From contig CAZJVE010000002.1 of NCBI GenBank assembly GCA_964549685.1, positions 64,001 through 128,000 on the forward strand: a stretch of DNA of 64,000 nt, in the 5' to 3' direction. The translations under genes and the position numbers were made by a program. Source of the DNA: an uncultured archaeon. Lineage in GTDB: Archaea; Altiarchaeota; Altiarchaeia; IMC4; QMZM01. The notes below the pieces were generated by a model. That model was not told where the DNA came from and searched no databases. It saw only the letters and a list, made by a program, of their open reading frames with translations. Positions 46,741-57,157 of this stretch are shown here, one piece after another (position 1 is the first letter of the stretch; every line of letters begins with the position of its first letter).

Positions 46741-48018
46741 ATGGAAACCGAGTTTGAGGCGTTCTTTGGGAAACAGCAAAGGCCAACAAGGTCCATTAAC
46801 AATATCCGAAAGGTAGGAGATATACTCGATATAGAGCCGAGGACCGTTAACGAGATTATCTACCCCCAGGACGTTCACGTTTTCAGGCTTCACATCAACC
46901 TGGTGGAGCACCCCATAAGCGTGTGGGGGTGCATCTCCTTCCACAACAGGGCAAAGGGCATTTACAAGGGAGGCATAAGGATTTCCTCCGACCTGGATAT
47001 CTGGGACACCATTGAGCTCTCGAGGCTGATGACCCTGAAGACCTCCCTGGTGAACCTAGAGTTTGGCGGGGCAAAGACGGGAATACGCTTTGACATGTCC
47101 AAGGCATATGAGCTGCTTGACAGGACACAATATGATGTCAAGTTCGAAACCTATGTCAAAAAGGAGATAATCAAGGAGTTTGCCCACCATTATCACGACA
47201 TGCTTACGAAAAAGCACTATGTCCCTGCCCCGGACATTAACACGGGCCCGTCTGAAATGGCCCTGATTTACGGCGAGACCCACGAGCCGTCTTCCGTCAC
47301 CGGAAAGCCGGAGGGTGTTCCCGGCTGGCTGCCCGGCAGAAAGGAAGCGACGGGCTACGGGGTTTATATCGTTGTTAAAAACCTGATTGAGAGGATGAAG
47401 CAAAAGCCCGGAGAAACTACTGTGGCGATTCAGGGCTTTGGGAACGTCGGCTCAAACTCGGCCTTTTTCCTGGACAAGCTGGGTGTGAAGATAGTGGCTG
47501 TCGAGGACAAGGACGGGAGCGTTCACAAAGAAGATGGCATCGATGTCGCATCGCTGACCAAGCACGTAACATCCAATGGAACAGTTAAGGGGTTTTGCGA
47601 CCCTGCACCGGACTTCTTCGGGGTTGAGGCGGACATCATGGTTCCGGCGGCAATCAATGACGCCATAGACGCTGAAGCCGCCAAAAAGATAAAGGCAAAG
47701 TACGTTGTCGAGGGCGCAAACTTCCCGACGACCCCCGAGGCAATGGAAATATTTGAGAAGAAGGACACAGAGGTTATTCCGGACATTCTCTCAAACGCCG
47801 GGGGCGTAATAGCATCATCCGTGGAGTATGCCAATCCCGTATCGACGCAAAAAATGGACAAGGAGGAGGTATTCGCCATGATTGAGAAGAAGATCGGGAA
47901 AAACCTGAACCTTGCCTCCAACATAGCGAAGGAGAGATCAATAAGCCTGGACCTTGCATGCACCTTCTTATCGGCCGAGAGACTAATCAAGACGATGAAG
48001 AACAAGGGGTGGATATAG
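46741..48018 (+). CDS. gdhA: Glu/Leu/Phe/Val dehydrogenase, probably glutamate dehydrogenase
   Basis: YKGGIR, MTLKT, GGAKTG, VPAPDINT, IQGFGNVG, EGANFP and PDILSNAGGV. Confidence 0.88.
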   Translation: METEFEAFFGKQQRPTRSINNIRKVGDILDIEPRTVNEIIYPQDVHVFRLHINLVEHPISVWGCISFHNRAKGIYKGGIRISSDLDIWDTIELSRLMTLKTSLVNLEFGGAKTGIRFDMSKAYELLDRTQYDVKFETYVKKEIIKEFAHHYHDMLTKKHYVPAPDINTGPSEMALIYGETHEPSSVTGKPEGVPGWLPGRKEATGYGVYIVVKNLIERMKQKPGETTVAIQGFGNVGSNSAFFLDKLGVKIVAVEDKDGSVHKEDGIDVASLTKHVTSNGTVKGFCDPAPDFFGVEADIMVPAAINDAIDAEAAKKIKAKYVVEGANFPTTPEAMEIFEKKDTEVIPDILSNAGGVIASSVEYANPVSTQKMDKEEVFAMIEKKIGKNLNLASNIAKERSISLDLACTFLSAERLIKTMKNKGWI

Positions 48019-48077
48019 TCCCTTTCAGAGAAATCAGCCAAGCGTATTTATCTCTATAATCCGATTTCTTTAAGGTA

Positions 48078-50603
48078 ATGGCCATTGAATTCCAGAACCT
48101 CGGCATCGAGAACCCCTACGTTCTTTTGCTCATAATTCCTGCAGCGTTCCTCATCCACCGCTATGTCAAGAAGGGTGGGATGAACCGGGAGAAGAGGCTA
48201 TTCATCGCGTCCAGGACGGTTATATTATCTCTCCTGCTCCTGGCGCTCTCCATCCCGTATATCATCGAAGAGGTGAGAGAATTCCAGGACGCTGCCTCTG
48301 TAATGTTCCTCTACGATGCCTCGGGGAGCATGTCCGTTTATCCCGAGGAGATTCATGCTACAGTCAATGAGCTCTACCGCACAGTGAGGAGCATGGTCGG
48401 GAACATGACCGGCTATCCCGATGCCGTCAGCATCCAGTACTTTTCCGAGGGCAACAGGACGGAGATAGGAAACGTTCTGTATCAGAATGCAATGAAGACG
48501 GATACGGAGAGCAACCTGCTTCTCCTGATAAGCGACGGCAACAACAACTATGGCAGGGATGCGGAGGACGTCGCGGCTGTTCTTGCCGGGATGAACACCA
48601 CCATATCGGCACTAATTCCCGACTCGGCAGCCCGGGACGTATACCTTGCTGATATTCGCGGCGAGAAGAAGGTCCCCGCAGATACGGAGTATCGCATAGT
48701 GGTAAAGGTCGGCAAAACCGGCGAAGGGAGGGCGGACTACCGGCTGAACCTCTACGTTGATGACAACCAGAAGAACGGCGTCGACGCCTTCCAGGACGAA
48801 GACATGAGCAGCAGGGCATTTGTTCTGTCCTTCAGCGAGAGGGGCCCGCACAAGATAGTCGCCGAGATTATTCCTGAGGGGGAAGACTATTTTGCAATGA
48901 ACAACCGGTTCCTGAAGGCCATAGACGTTGTCGACAAGCCCCACGTTCTTCTCATCTCGGATGACTCTGACTCCCCGCTTTTCAAGGTATTGCAGGAGAG
49001 CTATGTAGTTACGGTAACCCCCAGCCCGACCACGGACTTCGATAGCTACGACGTGGTATTCATTGACAACAAGCCGCTGGGGGAGCTCGGCTCCGGCTTT
49101 GTCAGCTCCATAAACGCCTATGTTGTTGATGGAAACGGCCTCGTGGTCGTTGGAGGGGACGATTCATACGAGAACGGGGACTATTACAACAGCGACCTGG
49201 AGAGGATTCTTCCCGTTGTTTCAGCCGAAATTCCGAAGGACAGGAGGAAGGAGATTGCAGTTATCTTCCTGATTGACATCTCGGAGAGCACCGAATACGG
49301 TGTCGGAGGCGAATCAAAGATTGACGTTGAGAAGGCCATTGCCATAAACATGCTGAGACAGCTCAACGACAACGACAAGGTCGGGGCTGTTGCATTCAAC
49401 TACAACGGCTATATCCTGTCTGCCCTGAACAGCCTGAGCAACAACAAGGACTCGCTGGAGAATCAGATATACTCTCTGCAGTTTGGCGGCGGCACGGACA
49501 TGCTTCCGGGCCTGATGATAGCGGAAACGCTCATTGAAGACTTTCAGGGGGACAAATATGTGATAATCCTCTCTGATGGAGTCATAGGGAGCAAGAGCAG
49601 GAGGGAGCCGACCCTGGGGCAGGTTGCTGCGATGGCGGAGAAGGGGATTTTCGTCTATACGGTCGGCGTTGGATTCGACACCGATGAAGGATTCATGAGC
49701 CAGCTGGCTCAGAACGGCGGCGGAATCTATTTCAGGCCCACGGAATATCAGCGGCTCAAGCTGGAATTCGGCCAGGGCGGACAGGACAGAGACGGAAAGA
49801 ACGCCATTAGCATCTACAACAGATACCACTTCATAACGCAGGACCTTGAGGATACCGACGTCGAGGGCCTGACGGTGAGCAAATATAATGGGGTTACTGA
49901 CAAGTCAATCGCCCAGCTGCTGGTAACTGCTGGGAGCAAGAAACCGCTCGTTACTGCATGGAGATTCGGCCTCGGTAGGGCAGTTTCAATCTCCACGGAC
50001 AACGGAAAGGGCTGGGGCTCGAACCTCTATAAGGTCGCCGACGGCCAGCTGGTCAATGCGATAACGAACTGGGCAATCGGGGACCTTGAGAAGGGGAAGA
50101 ATACGATAATAAACTCAAGGGACGGTTCCGTCGGCAGGGACTCGTCCATATTCATAGAATCCGCCGAGGTGCCTTCACTGGTAGCAAGGCACGAGGGCGC
50201 GGGCGAGGCGAGCGGGATAGGACTCAAACAGATTGACCTGAAGGAATACACCGGGACCCTATATCCTGACCTGGAGGGCTTCTATTTCCTGATAGCCAGG
50301 TCCGCAGTCGGAGAGGACAGCGATGCAGTTGCTGTAAATTATCTGGCCGAGTATTCGCGGCTGGGGGCAGACCGGGAGAGCCTCACAAGAGTTACGAGAA
50401 CGACCCGCGGCCTGATATACGATATGTCCCAGCTCGATGAGCTGGAGCAGGACGTAATAAGCTATGCAAGGGAGGGCACAATGAAGAAAACCGTCAAGAA
50501 GAACCCCCTGGTCATGTACTTCGCAATTCTTGCATTGCTTATATTCTTTACGGATGTGGTTGTCAGGAGGGTCCGGGAGATAAAGAAGAGGACCGAGGAA
50601 TGA
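48078..50603 (+). CDS. Membrane-anchored double-VWA protein (BatA-like N-terminus, GATase-like domain)
   Basis: MIDAS DASGSM and DISES, LISDG/ILSDG, GLVVVGGDDSY, WRFGLGR; N- and C-terminal TMs. Confidence 0.85.
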   Translation: MAIEFQNLGIENPYVLLLIIPAAFLIHRYVKKGGMNREKRLFIASRTVILSLLLLALSIPYIIEEVREFQDAASVMFLYDASGSMSVYPEEIHATVNELYRTVRSMVGNMTGYPDAVSIQYFSEGNRTEIGNVLYQNAMKTDTESNLLLLISDGNNNYGRDAEDVAAVLAGMNTTISALIPDSAARDVYLADIRGEKKVPADTEYRIVVKVGKTGEGRADYRLNLYVDDNQKNGVDAFQDEDMSSRAFVLSFSERGPHKIVAEIIPEGEDYFAMNNRFLKAIDVVDKPHVLLISDDSDSPLFKVLQESYVVTVTPSPTTDFDSYDVVFIDNKPLGELGSGFVSSINAYVVDGNGLVVVGGDDSYENGDYYNSDLERILPVVSAEIPKDRRKEIAVIFLIDISESTEYGVGGESKIDVEKAIAINMLRQLNDNDKVGAVAFNYNGYILSALNSLSNNKDSLENQIYSLQFGGGTDMLPGLMIAETLIEDFQGDKYVIILSDGVIGSKSRREPTLGQVAAMAEKGIFVYTVGVGFDTDEGFMSQLAQNGGGIYFRPTEYQRLKLEFGQGGQDRDGKNAISIYNRYHFITQDLEDTDVEGLTVSKYNGVTDKSIAQLLVTAGSKKPLVTAWRFGLGRAVSISTDNGKGWGSNLYKVADGQLVNAITNWAIGDLEKGKNTIINSRDGSVGRDSSIFIESAEVPSLVARHEGAGEASGIGLKQIDLKEYTGTLYPDLEGFYFLIARSAVGEDSDAVAVNYLAEYSRLGADRESLTRVTRTTRGLIYDMSQLDELEQDVISYAREGTMKKTVKKNPLVMYFAILALLIFFTDVVVRRVREIKKRTEE

Positions 50604-51088
50604 TTCTTGGAAAGGAGAGAATTCAGGAGCTCGTAGAGCAGTCCGCACTGCTGGAGAGCTTCAGCCCCGATTCCCTGGGGGGAGCGGGCTATGACTTGCG
50701 GATTGGAAGGGTTTACAGGCTGAGGGGCGGGGGGGCCCTGCTGGTCGAAGGCAAGAATAATCCAGAGGTTGAGGAGCTTCAGGGCGATGAATTCACTCTG
50801 AAGGCCGGAGAATATATTCTAATCGAAAGTCTTGAGAAGGTCAATATGCCGCCGAATCTGGTTGCGAGAATTCTGCCAAGGTCGACAATCTTCAGGAATG
50901 GTTGTTCTCTAATAACGGCCCTCGTCGACCCCGGGTTCAGGGGGACCCTGACCATGGGCCTGAAGAACCTGTCGGGCCATGAGTTCAAATTCCAGAGGAA
51001 CGCGAGGGTAGCGCAGATTGTTTTCGAGGAGGTAAGCGGAGGGACAGAGGAATACGGCGGGCACTATCAGGGCGGCAAGGTCGTGTGA
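50600..51088 (+). CDS. dCTP deaminase / dUTPase family protein
   Basis: GYDLR, PRSTIFRNG, VDPGFRG, RVAQIVF and YGGHYQG. Confidence 0.88.
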   Translation: MILGKERIQELVEQSALLESFSPDSLGGAGYDLRIGRVYRLRGGGALLVEGKNNPEVEELQGDEFTLKAGEYILIESLEKVNMPPNLVARILPRSTIFRNGCSLITALVDPGFRGTLTMGLKNLSGHEFKFQRNARVAQIVFEEVSGGTEEYGGHYQGGKVV

Positions 51089-51327
51089 CCGAAATGGATG
51101 ATTAGGTCGAGGTTGAGCATCCCCCCCTCTTTCTTCTTGGTGTCGCAGGCCCCATAGCACGGGTCTGTGAATATGACAGTCTTTGCTCCTGTCTTTGACT
51201 CTATCTCCTCTGCAATCTTTACCGCCTCCTTCTTCAGGCCCTCAGGAAGCTGCAGGCCGACAAGCTTTGCATTCTTCTCCCTAATCTCTCGTACAACCCT
51301 GTCGAGTTCGAGGTTATAGTCAGGCAT
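51067..51327 (-). CDS. Diphthamide synthesis Dph2-like protein, N-terminal domain only (86 aa)
   Basis: VGLQLPEGLK, DPCYGACD and IIHFGH; ends TGA-TAG. Confidence 0.8.
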   Translation of the reverse strand: MPDYNLELDRVVREIREKNAKLVGLQLPEGLKKEAVKIAEEIESKTGAKTVIFTDPCYGACDTKKKEGGMLNLDLIIHFGHTTLPP

Positions 51328-51724
51328 CTTCTTTTCTATCGACCCATTTCACTCTATCAAACCCCGCATCGAATGAATACAAGGTCTTATCATTTAATAT
51401 CTTCATCAGCGTGAGAATGGTGCCATCAGTAAAGCTCAGCTTGTATCTCTTTGAGAACTTCCACGCATGCAAAAACATTGGACTGTCAATCAAAACAAGC
51501 CTAAGCTTCGGTTCATGGATCAATGTTCTGCCAAGTTCACTCGCTGCAATAAAATCCCTCTTGTTTATAAGAAAGGTAACGCATTCGTTGAATATGTGGT
51601 CATTCACAAAAACATTCTTTATCTTACCCTCGTGTATGGCTTTTATTATTGGAACCGCCATTTCATGCCATTGGTCCTTTTTCCTCTTAGCTCCAATCCA
51701 GACACATGAATCCACAACTGGCAT
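51320..51724 (-). CDS. vapC: PIN-domain (VapC) toxin
   Basis: VVDSCVW, FNECV, LSFTDG and YSFDAGFD acidic PIN residues. Confidence 0.88.
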   Translation of the reverse strand: MPVVDSCVWIGAKRKKDQWHEMAVPIIKAIHEGKIKNVFVNDHIFNECVTFLINKRDFIAASELGRTLIHEPKLRLVLIDSPMFLHAWKFSKRYKLSFTDGTILTLMKILNDKTLYSFDAGFDRVKWVDRKEDA

Positions 51725-51728
51725 TTAC

Positions 51729-51980
51729 CTATCCCCACACTACCTCGTCAAGCTCTTTTACGGAGTCGGTTTTGGGTCCTTTTGTCGAGGGATTCTCAAG
51801 GATCTCAAGGAGATAATTATGCTTTTGTGCCTTACTTCCTTTATGGATTTCCGGTTCTATATAAGAAACAAGGGCTTCGCGCATTAGTTCTGACCTCTTC
51901 TTATATCTATACCTTGCTTCTTGATCATATCTTTTTAGTACCTTCTTTGGCAGTTTTAGAGAGATTTGTGTGTATTCCAT
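51729..51980 (-). CDS. Ribbon-helix-helix (CopG-like) antitoxin
   Basis: ISLKLPKKVLKRYD...RSELMREAL; immediately upstream of the PIN gene. Confidence 0.82.
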   Translation of the reverse strand: MEYTQISLKLPKKVLKRYDQEARYRYKKRSELMREALVSYIEPEIHKGSKAQKHNYLLEILENPSTKGPKTDSVKELDEVVWG

Positions 51981-52023
51981 TGTATCACCTTGAATATCTA
52001 TTGGGATTCAGAATATAAATACA

Positions 52024-53751
52024 TTACTTCCCCTTCTTTATTCGAAGGATTTCCCGCATTGTCTCTTTGTCCTCCTCGCTCAGGGCCTCTTTGTCGACCC
52101 GTTCTACATCCTCGTTGGACATGAAGGGATAGACTATGTCCCCTTCGGAGAGCTGCCTGCCCACGGTTACGTTCTCTATTGCGACGGCGACCTGTTCGCC
52201 CTTCTTGGCGGATTTCACTGTTTCGCTCTTGCTCTGAATCTCCTTTACCCGGCCCACAATCTTTCCGTCTTCCTTGAGGAGGCTGCAGCCCGGGCCGAAT
52301 TCCCCGGCAAGAACCTCTATGCCCACAATAGCCGGCTTGCTCTGCCTGAAGACGCAGTCCGGCATGAACCTGAGTTTTGCTGGAGTGACGACCTTGCCAA
52401 CGAGCTCCTTCTTCTCCTTGTCCCTCTCTTCCTTGACCCAGAGCTCGTAGTCCTCCAGAAGCTTATAGATTACGTTGCTCTGGAAGATTTTGACCTCGTT
52501 GTCCCTGGCAATCTGCTCCGCGTTCTCAAGGACCCTGGAGTTGAAGGCGAGGATTACGCCGAGGTGTTTGTTCTCCTGCCCTACTGCTGATGCCTCGATA
52601 ACGTCATTGTTGGAGACCTTTCCTATCGTGCCCCTCTTTATCGGAATCTCGCTCTCCTGCAGAATCTTTATCAGGGCTTCGAGCGAGCCGATGGTATCTG
52701 CCTTGATTATCAGGCCCAGGTTGTCCTTGTCTATCTCGACGTCCTGAATCTCATTCCTTACCTTGCCGATGAGCTCTTCTGCCCCAACATAGACCGGGGC
52801 CCCCGCCATTGCATCCTCCAGGCCCGGAGCAGCAATCTTTACCCCTGCTGCTGCGTAAATCTCATCCTCCTGCGAGAACTTGTCCCTTGGGTCGCGAATT
52901 TCGTCGAGGGGCTTCGGCCTGAGCAGGGCCTTGACTTTTGTAAGGATTGGTTCCTTCGCCCCGACGATTATCGAATCCCCCTTCCTTATCACTCCTTCAT
53001 AGACTATGACGTCTATTGTCGTGCCGAGGCCCTTTTCCTCTCTAACCTCAAGGATGGTGCCTTTTGCCGGGCTGTTCGGGTCGATGGTCAGCTTCCCCGT
53101 GAGGTACTGCTGCGACAGGCCGATGAGGACCATCAGGAGCTCCGGTATGCCCTTGCCGTGCTTGGCTGAGATAGGAACGATGGCTATCTGCTTTGTGAAG
53201 TCACTTACCTGGGAGAATAAATCGGACTCAAAGCCGTGCTCCGACAGCTTTCCAATGAGCGAATAGAACCTGTTGTAGAATTCCTTCTGGACATGCTCCT
53301 GCTGTGAATTCAGGTCCTGCTCTGGATTCCAGCCCCCGATAACGTCCACCTTATTTGCAGCAATGATGAAGGGCACCCGGTACTGCTTGAGAATCTGCAT
53401 CGCCTCAAGGGACTGGGGCATGAGCCCTTCATTTATGTCAACGACGAGAATTGCCAGGTCGGCGACAGAACCGCCCCTCTTCCTTAGATTGGTGAATGCC
53501 TCGTGGCCCGGCGTGTCTATGAAAAGAAGGCCCCTGAGTTCGGTCTTCATCCCGAAGGCATCCAGCAGGCTGCCGCAAATCTCCTTCACGGTCTCAAAGG
53601 GAACGTCAGTCGCGCCGATGTGCTGGGTGATTCCCCCCGCCTCTCTCGATGCTATTACGGAACCCCTTATCCAGTCCAGGAGCGTTGTCTTCCCATGGTC
53701 TACATGACCCAGAACCGAGATGATTGGCTCCCTCACCTTAGCGGATGACAT
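52024..53751 (-). CDS. infB: Translation initiation factor aIF5B (IF-2)
   Basis: GHVDHGKT, GGITQHIGA, DTPGHEAF and NKVD. Confidence 0.96.
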   Translation of the reverse strand: MSSAKVREPIISVLGHVDHGKTTLLDWIRGSVIASREAGGITQHIGATDVPFETVKEICGSLLDAFGMKTELRGLLFIDTPGHEAFTNLRKRGGSVADLAILVVDINEGLMPQSLEAMQILKQYRVPFIIAANKVDVIGGWNPEQDLNSQQEHVQKEFYNRFYSLIGKLSEHGFESDLFSQVSDFTKQIAIVPISAKHGKGIPELLMVLIGLSQQYLTGKLTIDPNSPAKGTILEVREEKGLGTTIDVIVYEGVIRKGDSIIVGAKEPILTKVKALLRPKPLDEIRDPRDKFSQEDEIYAAAGVKIAAPGLEDAMAGAPVYVGAEELIGKVRNEIQDVEIDKDNLGLIIKADTIGSLEALIKILQESEIPIKRGTIGKVSNNDVIEASAVGQENKHLGVILAFNSRVLENAEQIARDNEVKIFQSNVIYKLLEDYELWVKEERDKEKKELVGKVVTPAKLRFMPDCVFRQSKPAIVGIEVLAGEFGPGCSLLKEDGKIVGRVKEIQSKSETVKSAKKGEQVAVAIENVTVGRQLSEGDIVYPFMSNEDVERVDKEALSEEDKETMREILRIKKGK

Positions 53752-53784
53752 GTATATATTTAAAATTTTAACCTTTTATGTCCA

Positions 53785-55458
53785 ATGACTAACATGGAAT
53801 TCTCAGAACTCGCTTCGGTGTATCAAAAACTTGAGGGGATTTCGGGCAGACTGGAGATGACGTCCGTTGTTTCCGAGTTCCTGAAGACCGTTCCCGATGA
53901 TGAGCTCTCCACCGTAATCATGTTCCTCCAGGGAAAGGCATTCCCGCTCTGGAGCGAGAAGGAGCTTGGCATAGGCGGCAAGCTGATGATCCGGGCCATC
54001 TCCAACATCTCCGGCTTTCCCGAGGAGAAGGTCGTGGACGAGGTTCGCGAGAAGGGGGATACCGGCCTTGCGGCCGAGGAGCTCCTTGTCAATAAGACCC
54101 AGACTACTCTCTTCAAGGAGAAGCTGACTCTCCGTAAGGTCAGCGACAACCTCAACAAGCTGGCCGGCCTCACAGGGAAGGGGGCGCAGGACAAGAAGAT
54201 TTCCTACATCAACGAGCTGCTGTCTTTTGCGAGCCCGGTGGAGAGCAGATACCTCGTGAAAATCATCCTGGAGGAACTTAGACTGGGAGTCGGCAGGGGG
54301 GTTGTAAGGGACGCGATAGCTGGAGCATTCGAGGTCGATGCCGCGCTGGTCGACAGGGCATATTCACTGACGTCTGACCTGGGAGAGGTTGCAAGGACCG
54401 CTAAGTCCAAGGGCAACAAGGGCCTTGAGCTTGCCATGATGAAGACCGGAGTCCCGGTCGAGGTTATGCTGGCGCAGAAGGTTGCCGGCATTGAAGAGGC
54501 CCTTGAAAAATTCAGCCCCGCCGCCTTCGAGGTTAAGTACGACGGGGCCAGGATTCAAATTCACAAGGAGGGGGACAAGATAACGCTATTCACCAGAAGG
54601 CTGGAGAACGTGACAAAGCAATTCCCGGAGATTGTGGAGGAATCGAGGGAGAATATAACTGCCGGGTCTGCCATAGTGGAGGGCGAGCTTGTTGCGATAA
54701 AGGATGGCCGTCATCCCCGGCCCTTTCAGGACCTGTCGCGAAGAATAAAGAGGAAGTATAATATTGAAGAGATGGTCGGGAAGATTCCGGTTGAAATTAA
54801 TCTGTTCGATGCCATCTATCATGAGGGAAAGAGCGTGATAGATTCAGGATTCAAGAAGAGGAGGAAGATTCTGGAGAAGATTGTTTCTCCAACCGAACAA
54901 TTTAGAATCGCCGATGACCTTATAACGGAGGATGCCTCCGAGGCCGGGAAATTCTATCAGAAAGCCCTGGACCTGGGGCACGAGGGCGTGATGGTCAAGA
55001 ATCTTGATGCCCCCTACCAGCCCGGCTCCAGAGTGGGTCACATGTACAAGGTCAAGCCGATAATGGAAACCCTCGATTTGGTTCTTGTAGGGGCAACATG
55101 GGGCGAGGGGAGGAGGGCAAACTGGCTTGCCTCATACCTTCTTGCAGTCCTCGACCCGGACAGCGGCCAGCTTCTCACGATAGGAAGAATGGGCACCGGT
55201 TTTACTGACGAGGAGTTCAAGAGCATGACCGAGCTGCTGAATGAGCAGGTTCTGGAAGAAGCAGGGAAGGAGGTGAAGCTCCGCCCCTCAGTAGTCGTCG
55301 AGGTCGCCTATGAAGAAATTCAGAAGTCCCCGACCTATGAGTCCGGCTACGCATTAAGGTTCCCGCGCCTTGTCAGAATCCGCGATGATAAGGGCGTGGA
55401 CGATGCCGACACCCTGGCAAGGGTCGAGGAGATTATCGGCTCTAGGAAGGGTCAGTAA
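53785..55458 (+). CDS. lig: ATP-dependent DNA ligase
   Basis: EVKYDGAR motif I, EGVMVK and ALRFPR. Confidence 0.96.
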   Translation: MTNMEFSELASVYQKLEGISGRLEMTSVVSEFLKTVPDDELSTVIMFLQGKAFPLWSEKELGIGGKLMIRAISNISGFPEEKVVDEVREKGDTGLAAEELLVNKTQTTLFKEKLTLRKVSDNLNKLAGLTGKGAQDKKISYINELLSFASPVESRYLVKIILEELRLGVGRGVVRDAIAGAFEVDAALVDRAYSLTSDLGEVARTAKSKGNKGLELAMMKTGVPVEVMLAQKVAGIEEALEKFSPAAFEVKYDGARIQIHKEGDKITLFTRRLENVTKQFPEIVEESRENITAGSAIVEGELVAIKDGRHPRPFQDLSRRIKRKYNIEEMVGKIPVEINLFDAIYHEGKSVIDSGFKKRRKILEKIVSPTEQFRIADDLITEDASEAGKFYQKALDLGHEGVMVKNLDAPYQPGSRVGHMYKVKPIMETLDLVLVGATWGEGRRANWLASYLLAVLDPDSGQLLTIGRMGTGFTDEEFKSMTELLNEQVLEEAGKEVKLRPSVVVEVAYEEIQKSPTYESGYALRFPRLVRIRDDKGVDDADTLARVEEIIGSRKGQ

Positions 55459-57091
55459 CCCGGCCGATGAACAGGATATTCCCTGTTCCCTTCTCTTGTA
55501 TTATGAAGATAAACGGGTGGTCTGCGCGGAATATCTTGTATTTTGGCTCCTGGACCGACGTTATCCCTATCACCACACCCGTCGCAGCCGCAGCCTCCGT
55601 TCCCTCCTCATTCACCTCAACGAACGCCTGGTGAATCACGTTGCTGATGAACAAATCCCTGGTGCCGTCCATCCCGGAGAAGTCCGCGACCTCGCTGTCG
55701 AACGCGTCCACCATATTCAGCTCCCTCAGTACCTCCGGAAGGAAGTACTTCGTCTCCAGTTTGAATTTGGGAAGGTAGACACGCACCTCTTCTTCCCTGA
55801 GGTCGCTCCTCCACAGGTTTATATCATCCGCTGAAAGGGACTCCTCCAAATCCTCAAGGTCGTTCTCCTTTGGAAGGATGACGAGCATCGAGACCTCCTC
55901 ACCGTCATAGGGGAGTTCAAGAACCTGAGCATCTTCATCCTCGGCATAATTGAACTTTACATCATCGCCAGTCAGGCGCATCATCTGTGCCGTTACCGTC
56001 TCCTCCGGGCTGACGTGAAAGTCCTGGTCCGTTGTATCCTCCTCGTCGAACTGCATGACCCAGGTTCCCTTGAAGTATATGGCATTGGTAAGAACCATCC
56101 TTGTTAGGGGGCTGAGCACCCCCGCGGGAATCAGGTCCTTTATCTTGTCGTTCGTCTTCTCCTCGACCCATGAGTTGATTGTCTGCCTCGAGCTTTCGGC
56201 TGCGGTGACGTAGTCGAGGGCCGTGACCTCCCCGCCGTAGTAGGTTCTTATGGTATCGATGTAGCTGTCAAGGAAGGGGTAGTCCTGCTGAGGCCACAGG
56301 GCATTCGCTGTAAGCAGCTCGTATCCCTTGTCCTCTCTGTTAATCCCCTCCTGAACCTCCTTGAATGAGCTCCTCCTGCTCTCATCGTCCTCGGGGAGAT
56401 GGAGAACCTCCTGCATCTCTTCCGCGGTCTGGCCTCCCGCTCCTTCATAGGTCATTGCCAGGGCGGAGAGGATACTCCATGGAGAATAGAACATGTTGCC
56501 GTCAGAATCCCTCAGCTCCTGGTAGAGGTCGAGGGCGAATTCGTTGTTCGCTTCCACAATGTCGTTGCTCACATCTACGACCGGGGCGTCGCCGGTGGAT
56601 TCTTCTGCGACGCAGTAACCCAGGGCATCGGCTATTCCCGACGGTGCTTTGCACGTATATCCTTCAGGGCACGCAAAGCCCGCTATTCCTGCGCACTCGC
56701 ACAGGGCCTCGCAGACGGAGGGACAGGCCATATCCTTCCCTTGGTTATCTATCCTGCATCTGTTTGAACAGCTTCTCCAGTTCCCACCAGCAGATTCGCA
56801 GAGCTCTTCGCTCATTTCCTGAACAGGACACGCCGCAAATTCGCAGTCCGGGCCTTCTCTCACAACTACTGTGCCGTCAGGGCATATCTTGGCATCCTCG
56901 GGGCAGCCAACCGGCTGTGGCTCAGGGCACGCTGCAAATTCACAGTCCGGTGCGACCCTTCCAACGGCAGTACCATCGGGGCACGTCTTGGCGTCCAGTG
57001 TACAGGCAACCGGCTCTTCTGACTTTTCTGGTTGAATGCATCCCATGAAAAGTGCCGATATCGCCAGCAACAAAATAATCTTATCTTTCAT
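55442..57091 (-). CDS. Lipoprotein serpin with N-terminal Cys-rich repeats
   Basis: Lipobox FMGC; two CxxDAKxCPDGxxVxRxxPDCEFAACP repeats; NAIYFKGTW, hinge EEGTEAAAAT and FRADHPFIFII. Confidence 0.93.
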   Translation of the reverse strand: MKDKIILLLAISALFMGCIQPEKSEEPVACTLDAKTCPDGTAVGRVAPDCEFAACPEPQPVGCPEDAKICPDGTVVVREGPDCEFAACPVQEMSEELCESAGGNWRSCSNRCRIDNQGKDMACPSVCEALCECAGIAGFACPEGYTCKAPSGIADALGYCVAEESTGDAPVVDVSNDIVEANNEFALDLYQELRDSDGNMFYSPWSILSALAMTYEGAGGQTAEEMQEVLHLPEDDESRRSSFKEVQEGINREDKGYELLTANALWPQQDYPFLDSYIDTIRTYYGGEVTALDYVTAAESSRQTINSWVEEKTNDKIKDLIPAGVLSPLTRMVLTNAIYFKGTWVMQFDEEDTTDQDFHVSPEETVTAQMMRLTGDDVKFNYAEDEDAQVLELPYDGEEVSMLVILPKENDLEDLEESLSADDINLWRSDLREEEVRVYLPKFKLETKYFLPEVLRELNMVDAFDSEVADFSGMDGTRDLFISNVIHQAFVEVNEEGTEAAAATGVVIGITSVQEPKYKIFRADHPFIFIIQEKGTGNILFIGRVTDPS

Positions 57092-57157
57092 TCTATTACT
57101 AATTTCACAGAAGCTATAAAAAGTGTTGCGGTTTTTCTTCGGTCCAGACCGAAAGAA

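Noticed and set aside
48078-50603. VWA protein as a member of the docking system
   Set aside because: It lacks the shared tail and cohesin-like domain, has its own TM anchors, and resembles ordinary MoxR-associated VWA proteins.
51064-51069. Selenocysteine or stop read-through extending the Dph2 fragment
   Set aside because: TGA is followed immediately by TAG, and the downstream DNA is the antisense of dcd.
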